NCBI GenBank assembly: GCA_003252295.1
Contig: QKEV01000013.1
Location: forward strand, 25,920-89,919
DNA length: 64,000 bases
Direction: 5' to 3'
Source: a bacterium
GTDB taxonomy: Bacteria; Patescibacteriota; Minisyncoccia; Phycocordibacterales; UBA12088
Shown: piece by piece, positions 18,482-28,580 of the stretch
Numbering within the stretch: the first letter of the stretch is position 1
Layout of the letters: each line of letters starts with the position of its first letter
Made by a program: the position numbers and the translations under genes
The notes under the pieces: generated by a model
Database searches by the model: none
The model's input: the letters and a program-made list of their open reading frames with translations, nothing else
Told to the model about the DNA's origin: nothing

Positions 18482-21431
18482 CATACTGCGACGACATGCA
18501 TACGTACCTCTGAGCACTATACTGCTTTTGGTTGTGATGCTACCTTTTCAAACGACATCGCTCCATGCACAAGAAGAAACTGTAGTTACAACACAAGAGG
18601 TGCAAGATACCGTAACAACTGGAGGAGAAACTGGTACTGTTGGTGAAGGTACAACCAACACGGAAAGCACCACTCCAACAACAGAGGCAGTTGATACTAC
18701 CAACGACACATCAGAAGATACAACAGCAACCACGATCGACACCGGTGATGCGGATGCACTACTTGAAAGTGAAACTGATGCAAACACCAACAACACCTCG
18801 GTAACCGAGGTGGTTACTACACAGCAAGAAGAAAGCGAGACTAGTACAGATACATCATCGGAAGAAACAGACAAGAATACAGAAGACACAACATCAACCG
18901 GTGACGTACCACCTGACTCAGAAACGACGGTAACAAATGATAACACCGCAGATGTTGCACTCGATGCAACCATTACAGCTGACACCGGCAACAATACAGC
19001 TCTTGATAACAATGAGGCGATCATCACCACCGGTAATGCAGTGAGTACCGCTAATGTCGTCAATGTGGTCAATACAAATATCTTTAACTCAACAGGACTG
19101 TTCTACTTTCTTAACCTCATACTTGGCAATATCTCATTTGATACGAGGGATCTCTTTTCGATCTTTACTGGAGATACAGAGGTGACAGGGGGATGTGGTG
19201 ACGCCGACCCATGCACAGTTGGAGACACATCAGTAACCGTGAACAATACCAATACCGCCGTGGTAAACAACACCCTCGAACTGATCGCCAATACCGGCAG
19301 CAACACAGGTAGCGCAACAGGAGACGTAAGCATCACCACAGGAGATGCATATGCTTCTGCAAACATTGTGAACCTAGTAAACACCAACATCACCGACACT
19401 AATTACCTCCTCCTCACAATAAACGGTTTTGACGCTGGAAGCGGCGGCGTTGTTTTCCCTGGTGCTGAGTGGTTTTACGAACTCTTGAGTCAAGGTGAGA
19501 GCATTGCGCAAGGCAGTCAGGTGACGGTAGAAAACACCAACACTGCAATCATCAACAACACGAGCTCGGTTACCGCTGACAGTGGTGGCAACACGGTTGA
19601 AGGAGATGACACATCGATTACTACCGGCAACTCAGGTGCTCAAACATCGATAGTAAACCAAGTTAACACAAACATCTTTGGCAGCTCAATCTCCCTCCTC
19701 TTCAACATTCAGGGTTCTTGGGCTGGAGAGATTTTTGGGCTCCCTGATGGTATGAGCTGGAGAGAAACTGCAAGTGGCGTTGAAATATTCTTTGATGGAG
19801 ATACGGTGCAAGCTCCTGCGGGAAGCACCGATAACCTCACCGTTACAAACACGAATAACGCAGAGATAAGCAATAACGTTTCTGTGTTTGCATTAACCGG
19901 AGATAACATGGCAACCTCCGAAAGCGGTGATGCAAACATTGAAACCGGTTCGGCACAAGCATCAGCAAACATTGTGAATATTGTAAACACGAATGTGCTC
20001 GGTAGGAACTGGATACTCGCCATCTTCAATATACTCGGTGACTGGAATGGCAACATTTCTTTTGGACAACCAGACCTTTGGATTGGCGTGCGCGCACTCA
20101 CACAACCAGCAAACATACGAGTGGGGAGCTGCTTCGAGTACGAGTTCACGGTAAATAACTTTGGTGATGCAGACGCACATGATGTCGTACTGTACAGCAA
20201 CCATACACCATTCCAGCAAGCTATTGATTTCATGCAACGGGAAGCAAACGGTTCATACTCCTACCCTATTGGTGATGTAGCAAGTGGCGACTCTATCACC
20301 TTCACCCTTCCTATCTGTGTTAGCGAGTTTGCAAATGCCAACAGGGACATCACCACTACATTTGAGGTACTCGAAAATGAAGACGATGCTGACTATGCAA
20401 ACAACAAGGACACCATAGGGTTCACCATGGCAAAGGCAATTGGTAGTGCACTCGTCTTTGGAAAAAAGTATCCAGATTTCAGCATCCAAAAAGTTGTCGA
20501 TAAAAAAACGATTACTGCATCAAGTACGGTAACGTATGAGATAACCATACAGAATGGTGAAAATCCTATCTACAACGCCCTCCTCGTTGACACCATATTC
20601 AACCCCGATAACCGCCCTATACATGAGCAACGATGGGGACTTGGAACGATACTCAAGAATGAAACGATCATTATCAGCTACGAAGCGCTCTTTAACGAAG
20701 ACTCTTCTGCGGGTATGTACCTCAACGAAGCATTCATATCAGGTACAACACGCGAACCTGCAGAAACAGTACAAGACCCTATCAAGTCTCCTGTTGCAAG
20801 TGTGTCGGTAAATGTTGTTGATGAACTCCCTGCAGCACCTTCCACAACATGCACGCCACTCCTCAACACATACATACAGAAAAATGGGAACAACAGTCGA
20901 GACGAGGTTGGTGAACTACAGTTCTTTTTGAGAACCATTGAAGGGGACACTTCGGTATCCCTTACAAAAGAGTACGACGAAGCAACCATTCAAGCAGTGC
21001 GCGCCTTTCAGGAACGGTACGCACAAGACATACTTGAACCATGGGGTATGACAGAAAGCTCAGGGTACGTGTACTACACAACACAAAAGAAGATCAATGA
21101 ACTTTGGTGCAAGGATATCGACTTCTCACTAACAGATGAACAATTGAAAGAGATCGAGACTTTCAAAAAGAGAACGAGGAACTACATCGAACGTCATGTT
21201 AATCTTCCCGAAGAAACATTTGAAATGTTTGGAAGTATGCAGGAGGAAGCACCTGTTCCTGTTCCAGCGATACACATTGAAAAAGAAGAGCAAACTACTG
21301 AACAGCAATTAGTATACCCTCATCAAATTGCAACAGCGGAAGCAGCAACAGAAGGTGTAGATACCATGGCAGCACTCATTAATGCCTTACGAACGGGTGT
21401 AAAAAACTCACTACTGTTCTTCTCCCGCTAG
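18459..21431 (+). CDS. Large secreted surface protein: T/E/D-rich linker, 4x ~80-aa N/T/G-rich repeats, two DUF11/CARDB-like domains, PG_binding_1-like domain
   Basis: 990 aa. Repeats such as VTVNNTNTAVVNNT..NTGSNTGSATGDVSITTGDAYASANIVNLVNTNI occur 4 times. VGSCFEYEFTVNNFGDADAHDVVLY is DUF11-like. GELQFFLRTIEGD...DEATIQAVRAFQERY is peptidoglycan-binding-like. Confidence 0.6.
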   Translation: MYYHITCSILRRHAYVPLSTILLLVVMLPFQTTSLHAQEETVVTTQEVQDTVTTGGETGTVGEGTTNTESTTPTTEAVDTTNDTSEDTTATTIDTGDADALLESETDANTNNTSVTEVVTTQQEESETSTDTSSEETDKNTEDTTSTGDVPPDSETTVTNDNTADVALDATITADTGNNTALDNNEAIITTGNAVSTANVVNVVNTNIFNSTGLFYFLNLILGNISFDTRDLFSIFTGDTEVTGGCGDADPCTVGDTSVTVNNTNTAVVNNTLELIANTGSNTGSATGDVSITTGDAYASANIVNLVNTNITDTNYLLLTINGFDAGSGGVVFPGAEWFYELLSQGESIAQGSQVTVENTNTAIINNTSSVTADSGGNTVEGDDTSITTGNSGAQTSIVNQVNTNIFGSSISLLFNIQGSWAGEIFGLPDGMSWRETASGVEIFFDGDTVQAPAGSTDNLTVTNTNNAEISNNVSVFALTGDNMATSESGDANIETGSAQASANIVNIVNTNVLGRNWILAIFNILGDWNGNISFGQPDLWIGVRALTQPANIRVGSCFEYEFTVNNFGDADAHDVVLYSNHTPFQQAIDFMQREANGSYSYPIGDVASGDSITFTLPICVSEFANANRDITTTFEVLENEDDADYANNKDTIGFTMAKAIGSALVFGKKYPDFSIQKVVDKKTITASSTVTYEITIQNGENPIYNALLVDTIFNPDNRPIHEQRWGLGTILKNETIIISYEALFNEDSSAGMYLNEAFISGTTREPAETVQDPIKSPVASVSVNVVDELPAAPSTTCTPLLNTYIQKNGNNSRDEVGELQFFLRTIEGDTSVSLTKEYDEATIQAVRAFQERYAQDILEPWGMTESSGYVYYTTQKKINELWCKDIDFSLTDEQLKEIETFKKRTRNYIERHVNLPEETFEMFGSMQEEAPVPVPAIHIEKEEQTTEQQLVYPHQIATAEAATEGVDTMAALINALRTGVKNSLLFFSR

Positions 21432-22076
21432 TAGCGTAAGGAAAGTAAGTGTCGCCTCTGCCCCCTTCTCTCCCGCAAGAGCAAAACTATCATCGTTACC
21501 CTCACTACCACTTGGATCACTCACTGCTTTGATCACGATACTTGGTACAGCATGCTGCCTTGCAGCATACACAATTGGGTAGCTCTCCATGTCAACGATA
21601 CCCACACCATCCATACCATTCTTTTTGTCTATAAACTTCGAAGTCGTTATTCCCTTCTCAACAACAACAAAACCAGGAAGGTTATGAACTACTGCAAACA
21701 TTGATGTATCAACTTCAACCTGTTTACCTGAGGATAGTTCCTCCCACACCCGTGGCACAACAACATCACCTATTGCAAGTGATGGTGCGACAGCACCTGC
21801 AATACCTGACACCACAACATCTCTTATAGGCAAGAATGAAAAAAGTTTATGTATAGCCTTCTCAGCTTTTTTTGGCCCAACTCCTGTACTAAAAAAAACG
21901 CAAGGTTTACCAGACCACTTAGTAAAGTAGTAGGTTACTCCTTTATGTTTGCAGGTGTGCTCTATAGCAACTCTTTTTAAAAGCGCATTGAGTTCAAGAG
22001 GAAAAGCGGTAACAACCGCTGTAACAGGTTCATTGTGTAGATCATAAGCACACCTGTTTCTCTTAAATTGCCACAT
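21411..22076 (-). CDS. Nucleoside phosphorylase-family protein (MTA/SAH nucleosidase-like, PNP_UDP_1)
   Basis: 221 aa; SGIAGAV, GDVVVP and VDMESYPIVYAA motifs. Confidence 0.6.
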   Translation of the reverse strand: MWQFKRNRCAYDLHNEPVTAVVTAFPLELNALLKRVAIEHTCKHKGVTYYFTKWSGKPCVFFSTGVGPKKAEKAIHKLFSFLPIRDVVVSGIAGAVAPSLAIGDVVVPRVWEELSSGKQVEVDTSMFAVVHNLPGFVVVEKGITTSKFIDKKNGMDGVGIVDMESYPIVYAARQHAVPSIVIKAVSDPSGSEGNDDSFALAGEKGAEATLTFLTLLAGEEQ

Positions 22077-22078
22077 AC

Positions 22079-23485
22079 CTAGATTGTTTGCTGCATGACG
22101 TAGTACACCTCTTTTGGCGTACCATCGTACTCAAGGATACCAAAGTGATTCTCAATAGTGTCGGTATCTGCTCCGAGGTCTCGGTAGCTGTACCAGAACA
22201 GAGGTCCCATCCACTCATTTTCTTCTTTATACTCATATGCTTCCACAAACATATCCGCTTGAAATTCTTCTGATACATGTGTCGGTTGTGACCAAGAAAA
22301 GGTACTATTACCATCTGCTTCCTTCCCTGGTCCGCCAGTTGGTGCACCAAACTCGGTCACCCAAACTTTTTTCCCTCCATCACCATTCTTTTCCATGATA
22401 CCACGCAAGCTCCACATACTTTTATCCATCTGGGTCCACGCGTTACTGGTTCCCGCCTCCTCTGGACTCAAAGGAAAACTATATGGATGAAAACCAAGCA
22501 CATCAAAGAAACCTTGTGCACCATTCTCATACATACGCTCAAGGTACTCTCTAGGTGACACACTTGTATCATTCGTGTCAGAAGGAGCAAGACCCCCACT
22601 CACCACAACCGCATCAGGATCTATAGTGTGTATTGTACGGTAGGTACGTTTCAAAAGCTGTGTGTACTTGTACGCATTCACACCACCTGCCCAAAACTTT
22701 GCAATGTTTGGTTCATTCCATATTTCCCAGGTATCCACTCCCATTGGCTCATAGCGTTCTACTGCCTTTTCTACAAATACCGCAAACTGATCAATATCTT
22801 TCGGAGGACATTTGCTCGTGTACTTACAGGTATCCTCTCGTGCCCACACCGGAGTGTAAGTGATAATCGGGAGCACCTCTATACCGCGCTCATACGCAAG
22901 GGTTACTATACGGTCAAAGCTAGTCCAGTTGTATATATCCTCACGTTCATTCTGAATAGTGTTCCACGAAAGGTCACAGCGTATCCAACCAATATGTAGT
23001 GAGGCAATATCATCAAGTACCATCGCTACCTCACGCTCCTCCATGTATGAGAGTGTTGCCCCCATAGAGAGACCGTACTCGTAGTTCTGTACACCTCCCT
23101 CTCCCTCTGCCTCAACATCTTGCGCAACCTTCACCTGTTCTTTTTCTGCATAGACACCAGCATCCTCCGCAACCTGAGGAACATCTGAAGTAACCGCTTC
23201 CGTACCAGTTGCTTGAGTGTCCACATCTTCTACTGTAACTGCATCCTGCTTTGGAGCAACCGAGACATCATACTTACTAAACACAAACCAGTACGTAAAA
23301 CCGAGCAACATGAGCACTAAAAGAAAGACACCACCAGCAAACACAACTGCTCGCTCCAGCGTATCTTTGTTTATCTCTTTGATATTTTTTTTCTTACTCA
23401 TATTTGGAATTAAAAATGCGTTGAAAAACAACAGCATTAGTATACATAGATATTGACAAAACGCAATAGTTTTAGTATTGTACAC
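22079..23485 (-). CDS. Membrane-anchored glycoside hydrolase, TIM-barrel GH5-like
   Basis: 468 aa; N-terminal TM; acid/base WEIWNEPN and nucleophile VWVTEFG motifs. Confidence 0.6.
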   Translation of the reverse strand: MYNTKTIAFCQYLCILMLLFFNAFLIPNMSKKKNIKEINKDTLERAVVFAGGVFLLVLMLLGFTYWFVFSKYDVSVAPKQDAVTVEDVDTQATGTEAVTSDVPQVAEDAGVYAEKEQVKVAQDVEAEGEGGVQNYEYGLSMGATLSYMEEREVAMVLDDIASLHIGWIRCDLSWNTIQNEREDIYNWTSFDRIVTLAYERGIEVLPIITYTPVWAREDTCKYTSKCPPKDIDQFAVFVEKAVERYEPMGVDTWEIWNEPNIAKFWAGGVNAYKYTQLLKRTYRTIHTIDPDAVVVSGGLAPSDTNDTSVSPREYLERMYENGAQGFFDVLGFHPYSFPLSPEEAGTSNAWTQMDKSMWSLRGIMEKNGDGGKKVWVTEFGAPTGGPGKEADGNSTFSWSQPTHVSEEFQADMFVEAYEYKEENEWMGPLFWYSYRDLGADTDTIENHFGILEYDGTPKEVYYVMQQTI

Positions 23486-23491
23486 GGTACC

Positions 23492-24748
23492 ATGAATAGA
23501 CTGATTGCACTCTTACGAGAGAACAGTCTCATACAAAACTCATTCTATCCGATGCTCTCGACCGCTATTATGGCGGGGCTTGGTTTTCTCTTCTGGATGT
23601 TTGTTGCTCGACTGTTCCCTGAGAGCGAGGTTGGTCTTGCTGCTACCCTTATTTCTGTCATGAGTACAGTGTCTATCTTTTCCCTACTTGGGTTTGACAC
23701 CTCAACCATTCGATTTCTCTCAAAAGAAAAAGACAAGAATGCAAGCATTAGTACAAGCATTATCATCCTCTCTTTCACTGCATTTGTGCTTTCTATGCTT
23801 TTCGTAATCCTTGTTACCACCATCTCACCACAACTCTCATTCCTGTTTGAAAACAAAATGTTAGGTGGACTCTTCATACTCTTTACAATACTTTCTACCA
23901 TTAATGGATACACTGATGCTGTCTTCCTCTCCTACCGCAAGACCAAGTACACACTCATCATCAACACCATCTTTAGTGTTGCTAAGACATGCTTTCCTTT
24001 TCTCTTTATTGGGACTGGTGTGTTTGGTATTTTTGCCTCAGCAGCACTCGCACAGACGATTGGTTTTGTACTGAGCATCATGGTACTTGTTCGCTATTTT
24101 GGATACCGACCATCACTCTCGATTAACGCTTCTATCATACGCAACGTATGGCGATACAGTGCAGGAAACTACGTGGCAGACATTTTTACCTTTCTTCCTA
24201 CCGCTCTTCTGCCTATCATCATTACCAACAACATCGGTGCTGAGCATACTGCTTACTACTACACCACCATGATGATTATTGGATTGCTCTACGTCATTCC
24301 CACGAGCACCATGCGAGCCCTTTTTGCTGAAGGTTCACACGACAAGGACACGGTTTCAAAAAACATCTGTACTGCCCTCAAGACAACGTCTTTTTTCTTA
24401 CTCCCAGCAATGGCTGTGTTATTTCTCTTTGGTAAGTACCTTCTCCTTGCATTTGGTACCAGTTACGTGGAGAGTGGAACCTCACTCCTCTATGTCATGA
24501 CATTCACAGGAGTACTCGTTACCATATCAACACTCTACAGTTCTCTTTTTCGTTTAGAAGGCAACATCCGTGCACTCATTATTAGAAACATGGTGTATAC
24601 AGGAAGCTTAATAGGACTCACGTACATGTTCTTGGAACGTGGTCTCCTTGGTGTAGGTTTTGCATATATCAGTGCATATACTCTTTCAATACTCGTTTGC
24701 ATGGTACTCTATAGGAAAGACCATACTACGATTTGCATAACCAAGTAA
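23492..24748 (+). CDS. Polysaccharide/oligosaccharide flippase (Wzx/MOP family)
   Basis: About 12-14 TM helices across ~420 aa, typical of polysaccharide biosynthesis flippases; start set at MNRLIALL. Confidence 0.55.
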   Translation: MNRLIALLRENSLIQNSFYPMLSTAIMAGLGFLFWMFVARLFPESEVGLAATLISVMSTVSIFSLLGFDTSTIRFLSKEKDKNASISTSIIILSFTAFVLSMLFVILVTTISPQLSFLFENKMLGGLFILFTILSTINGYTDAVFLSYRKTKYTLIINTIFSVAKTCFPFLFIGTGVFGIFASAALAQTIGFVLSIMVLVRYFGYRPSLSINASIIRNVWRYSAGNYVADIFTFLPTALLPIIITNNIGAEHTAYYYTTMMIIGLLYVIPTSTMRALFAEGSHDKDTVSKNICTALKTTSFFLLPAMAVLFLFGKYLLLAFGTSYVESGTSLLYVMTFTGVLVTISTLYSSLFRLEGNIRALIIRNMVYTGSLIGLTYMFLERGLLGVGFAYISAYTLSILVCMVLYRKDHTTICITK

Positions 24749-24752
24749 AACC

Positions 24753-25634
24753 ATGGCTCATCAAAAGAAAAAAGGGGTTCTAGGACGCTTACATGGACGA
24801 TTCAAGGAATGGCGTTTCTGGTACCTCCGCTCACGATGCTTCTGTTCACCAAACTTTCTAGGTATCTTTTTCAAAAACAAATGTCGCTGCAAAACTCTTC
24901 TGTGCTACCCGGATAAACCAAAGTCCTACCATGTACTTTACGAAATATGTAAACACATTGGTTGGCGTATGACGAATGACCTCTCCGATGAGTGTGTAAA
25001 CCTTGCCATACACTTCAGGGATACAACAGTCCGTGATACAAACTCTTCACTCCATACCTACAGTGAAAACCATGAGGTGCTCAACCTCCACAGCACCGAC
25101 ATCAGCAAACGTCACATAGACGAGGTGTTTGGTGAGGTGTTCGGATATGCCATGAGTGTTGATCCGGAAACCTACAAGGGTACCTGTGTACGAAAGTCAG
25201 ATACAAACGCGGTACATGATGGTGCCATTCGTGAGGAGGGGTACGTGTACCAGAAGCTCGTGAACAGTTACTGTGGCAACGACCAGGTAATGGATATGCG
25301 TATACACATCTTTCGTGACACCATTCCTTTCCTCTTGAAGCGTTACAAAAATACGAATGACATCTTCCATATGACCGTAGGTGCAGAGATTGCAGAGACT
25401 GATGAACTCTTGAGCAAAGATGAGCAGGAAAAGATACTTATGTACTGCAAAAAACTCGGCATCGACTACGGCGAGCTCGATGCATTGCGTGACAATGATG
25501 ATGGTAATCTCTACATAGTGGACGCAAACAACACCCCTGCTGGACCAATAGGACCTATCTTCTTTAACAAAAAAAAGTACAAGGTATGGATCGAACGAAT
25601 CAGTAAAGCGTTTGAAGTGTATCTTGTGAAGTAA
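24753..25634 (+). CDS. ATP-grasp enzyme (sugar-transfer-associated / TupA-like ATP-grasp), intact copy
   Basis: 293 aa; C-terminal GIDYGELDALRDNDDGNLYIVDANNTPAGP is the ATP-grasp metal/ATP-binding motif. Confidence 0.6.
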   Translation: MAHQKKKGVLGRLHGRFKEWRFWYLRSRCFCSPNFLGIFFKNKCRCKTLLCYPDKPKSYHVLYEICKHIGWRMTNDLSDECVNLAIHFRDTTVRDTNSSLHTYSENHEVLNLHSTDISKRHIDEVFGEVFGYAMSVDPETYKGTCVRKSDTNAVHDGAIREEGYVYQKLVNSYCGNDQVMDMRIHIFRDTIPFLLKRYKNTNDIFHMTVGAEIAETDELLSKDEQEKILMYCKKLGIDYGELDALRDNDDGNLYIVDANNTPAGPIGPIFFNKKKYKVWIERISKAFEVYLVK

Positions 25635-25637
25635 CAT

Positions 25638-26517
25638 ATGCAGGTCTTCCCACTCAACACACTTCCAAGGCGAGCTAAATCACGTTTTGATGAACAGATA
25701 CTTTGGCCATGGAACACATACAGAGCAGCACGACGTGCTTACAAGCAAGCACGAGAGCGAGAGGGACACGTATCAAAGACTATTCTCTTCTATCCTGAAA
25801 AACCAAAGACCTTTCACACGCTCTACAAGATATGCGCCCATCTTGGCTGGAAGATAACTACAAACCCAAAAGAACACTTTGATACGGCTATTTTTTTTGA
25901 GGACACCACTGTGCGGAAGATTCCACAAAAACTCATTGCAGTATCACAACACCAACCAGTTGTGAATCTCCACAGCACCGACATCAGCAAACGTCACATA
26001 GACGAGGTGTTTGGTGAGGTGTTCGGATATGCCATGAGTGTTGATCCGGAAACCTACAAGGGTACCTGTGTACGAAAGTCAGATACAAACGCGGTACATG
26101 ATGGTGCCATTCGTGTACCAGAAGCTGATCGACACAACACAGCAGGATGGCAGAGCCATGGACCTACGACTTAACATATGGAACGGAAATGTACCCATTG
26201 TCATCAAACGCTACAAGAGCAAGGATGACCTCTTTGACATCACGGTTGATGCTGAATTTACCGAGCCATATGAGGTACTGAGTGAACATGAACTTGAACT
26301 CATTGCACGATTCTCTAAAAAACTTGGTATTGATTACGGTGAATTTGACGCACTTCGTGACAATAGTGACGGAAGACTCTACATTGTGGATGTGAACAAT
26401 ACTCCGGCAGGGCCTATCGGTCCCTTCTACGCAAAACCAGAGGATATGGATCGTTGGTACACCGAAGTGAGTAAAGAAACAGAGAAGGCATTCCTCCTTA
26501 CTTCACAGTCAGAGTAA
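25638..26517 (+). pseudogene. Frameshifted paralog of the ATP-grasp gene (ORFs 25638..26174 and 26038..26517)
   Basis: A 149-nt stretch (25968..26116) is 100% identical to 25085..25233 of the upstream paralog. Immediately after it, 14 nt (aggaggggtacgtg) are missing between CGTG direct repeats, shifting the frame. Confidence 0.6.
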
Positions 26518-26528
26518 CTAAGTATCAC

Positions 26529-26576
26529 AGGTATATACCTAATTATATAATTTAGTATATAATTAGGTATATACCT
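26529..26576. repeat. AT-rich palindrome (AGGTATATACCTAATTATATAA-tttag-TATATAATTAGGTATATACCT) between convergent genes; same family as 13508..13543
   Basis: Read directly from the sequence. Confidence 0.55.
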
Positions 26577-26643
26577 ACTATTCTTGAAAAATTAAATCAC
26601 CACCTGACGATATGGTCGCAGGTGGTGGTATTCATAAAAGCAC

Positions 26644-27207
26644 TTATGCTTTTACCGTAGTGGTGGCAATGTAGTTTTCTATTTTTTTCTTTGCACTCTC
26701 CAAAAGAGGTCTGTTCTCTTGAGAAGAGAACTGCAAGGCAAGATCACAGTACTCAAGTGCCTGAAAAGCTTTTTTTGCATCCATTGCAAGTAGTGCTTTG
26801 AAAAAATATGCAACAGACAGGTTTGGATTTACCTTTTTCAAACCATCCTTAGTGCACCGCTCTATCACCTTGTCGAAATACTCCTCGGCCTTCTCGTACT
26901 CTTGTTTCTTATAGTAATTATTACCAAGGAGAATATTTACCTCTGGTGTATCAAACAGTTTTTGCGCCTCAAGAAGTCTTTCAATTGCTGCATCGTACTG
27001 ACCTCTTATGTGGTACTCATCACTCTCCATACATAACGCCATGTACAGCGCTCCATTAACAATACTCAATACGCTTGTTTCTAACTTCTTGGACGCATTC
27101 TCGGTCCTCTGTTCAATGACACTTAACCCTTTTTGCTCTGCGTTCGCAATAAATGAGCAAGGAAAGAAACAAAAAATACTGAGTAAGAAAATAATTACCT
27201 GTTTCAT
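26644..27207 (-). CDS. Secreted TPR-repeat protein
   Basis: 187 aa; signal peptide; TPR-like LLGNNYYKKQEYEKAEEYFDKVIE. Confidence 0.55.
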   Translation of the reverse strand: MKQVIIFLLSIFCFFPCSFIANAEQKGLSVIEQRTENASKKLETSVLSIVNGALYMALCMESDEYHIRGQYDAAIERLLEAQKLFDTPEVNILLGNNYYKKQEYEKAEEYFDKVIERCTKDGLKKVNPNLSVAYFFKALLAMDAKKAFQALEYCDLALQFSSQENRPLLESAKKKIENYIATTTVKA

Positions 27208-27344
27208 TGGTTACCTCCTGTGTCCTGTTTTGAAAAAGCTACCACCTATCGATATCCTGCTTTTATAAGTACCATTTATTTAAAAGTGTGTCAATAGCAC
27301 AACATAGGCACATACATGTTTCAAATGTTTTTCAGGTTTTTTCT

Positions 27345-28580
27345 CTATCCCAACAGTTTCATGAAAAGTTTTTCTATCTGGTCTACGTATCTCTCTATAG
27401 AAAATTGTTCTGCTTGAGTGTGTGCTTCTTGAGACATACACCCAAGGAGTTCTGGATCACCAAGAATCGTGAGGATCTTTATTACGAGTACCTCAGGATT
27501 GTTTGGTTCTACAAGGTAGCCAACCTCTCCATCTTTCAACCACTCACCCACTCCACCAACATTACTCGCTATGACTGGTCTCCCTACACTCATTGCTTCA
27601 ACCCCCACCTTACCGAACGGTTCAGGCCAGAGTGATGGTACGAGCAAAACTGTCGCGTCTTTGTACAGCTCGTATAGCTCATCTCTCGTCTTATGTCCCA
27701 CGAAATGTACCTTGTTCTCAAGATTGAGTTGTTTAGTAAGTGCCTCAAGCTCACCTCTGTACGCACCCTCCCCTGCTATAGTGAGTGTTGTGTCACTACG
27801 CTCCTTGTGAACCTGAGCAAGTGCTTTAAGTGCCACCTGTACCCCTTTTATTTTTTCAAGACGTCCCACATAAAGAAGGCTCGCTGATGCAGTATCTATT
27901 GGACTCGATGCAAACAGTTCAGTAGCATTAGGTATCACTGTTGCCTCCTTCCCCTCTTTTGCAAGCAAACCTTTCATGTACTCACTCATTACAAGGAAGG
28001 TAGCAACATATCGAAAACCTAAACTATAGATAGGGTAGATACAGTACCTATGGAACAGGTAATGAAGTTTGCCTGTAAGGTTAAGATTCTCTTTCGTAAA
28101 CTCATCAACACCCTCTTTGAAAAGATATTTCGGAAAACCCCACGTGAGGAGACCAAGGAAGTAATCTTCAGCACCATGCACGGTCATGATGATTGGGTAT
28201 CCTTTGAGCGCAAAGAGTACCGATGGTGAAAGTTCATACATGGTGTGAAGCTGCACAACATCTGGCTTGTACTCCAGAAGTACTCGCTTCACTTCCCTGT
28301 ATGAAGCAGGGTAAAACATACGATATAGTGCACGCATAACAAAAGAGTGGTGACTCAAAGCAGGAAATGTGTAATCTGCAAAAAATGTTTTCTCGTCTTT
28401 TTCCCTATCACTTGCAAGCACCCTCACCTCATGTCCACACTCCTCAAGCACACGGTCAGTCAGTACAATACCGTTCTCCGCTCCCCCGCTCTCATACCCC
28501 AAACTTGTAATACGTAAAATTTTCATACTACTTATATATCCGTACCTCACCATTATTAAACACGAGCGATTTATTGGCAT
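27345..28580 (-). CDS. Glycosyltransferase family 4 (GT-B)
   Basis: 411 aa; EX7E motif region EPFGKVGVEAMSVGRPVIASNVGG. Confidence 0.85.
   Translation of the reverse strand: MPINRSCLIMVRYGYISSMKILRITSLGYESGGAENGIVLTDRVLEECGHEVRVLASDREKDEKTFFADYTFPALSHHSFVMRALYRMFYPASYREVKRVLLEYKPDVVQLHTMYELSPSVLFALKGYPIIMTVHGAEDYFLGLLTWGFPKYLFKEGVDEFTKENLNLTGKLHYLFHRYCIYPIYSLGFRYVATFLVMSEYMKGLLAKEGKEATVIPNATELFASSPIDTASASLLYVGRLEKIKGVQVALKALAQVHKERSDTTLTIAGEGAYRGELEALTKQLNLENKVHFVGHKTRDELYELYKDATVLLVPSLWPEPFGKVGVEAMSVGRPVIASNVGGVGEWLKDGEVGYLVEPNNPEVLVIKILTILGDPELLGCMSQEAHTQAEQFSIERYVDQIEKLFMKLLG

Noticed and set aside
18548-20989. Minus-strand ORFs 18548..19072, 19103..19399, 19709..20233, 20678..20989
   Set aside because: Antisense to the 990-aa surface-protein gene; Val/Ser/Thr-rich mirror translations of its Asn/Thr-rich repeats.
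16657-21431. Periodic repeats as a possible CRISPR array or tandem DNA repeat
   Set aside because: The periodicity is at the protein level (~80 aa, degenerate) inside long ORFs with signal peptides. There are no short identical direct repeats with unique spacers.
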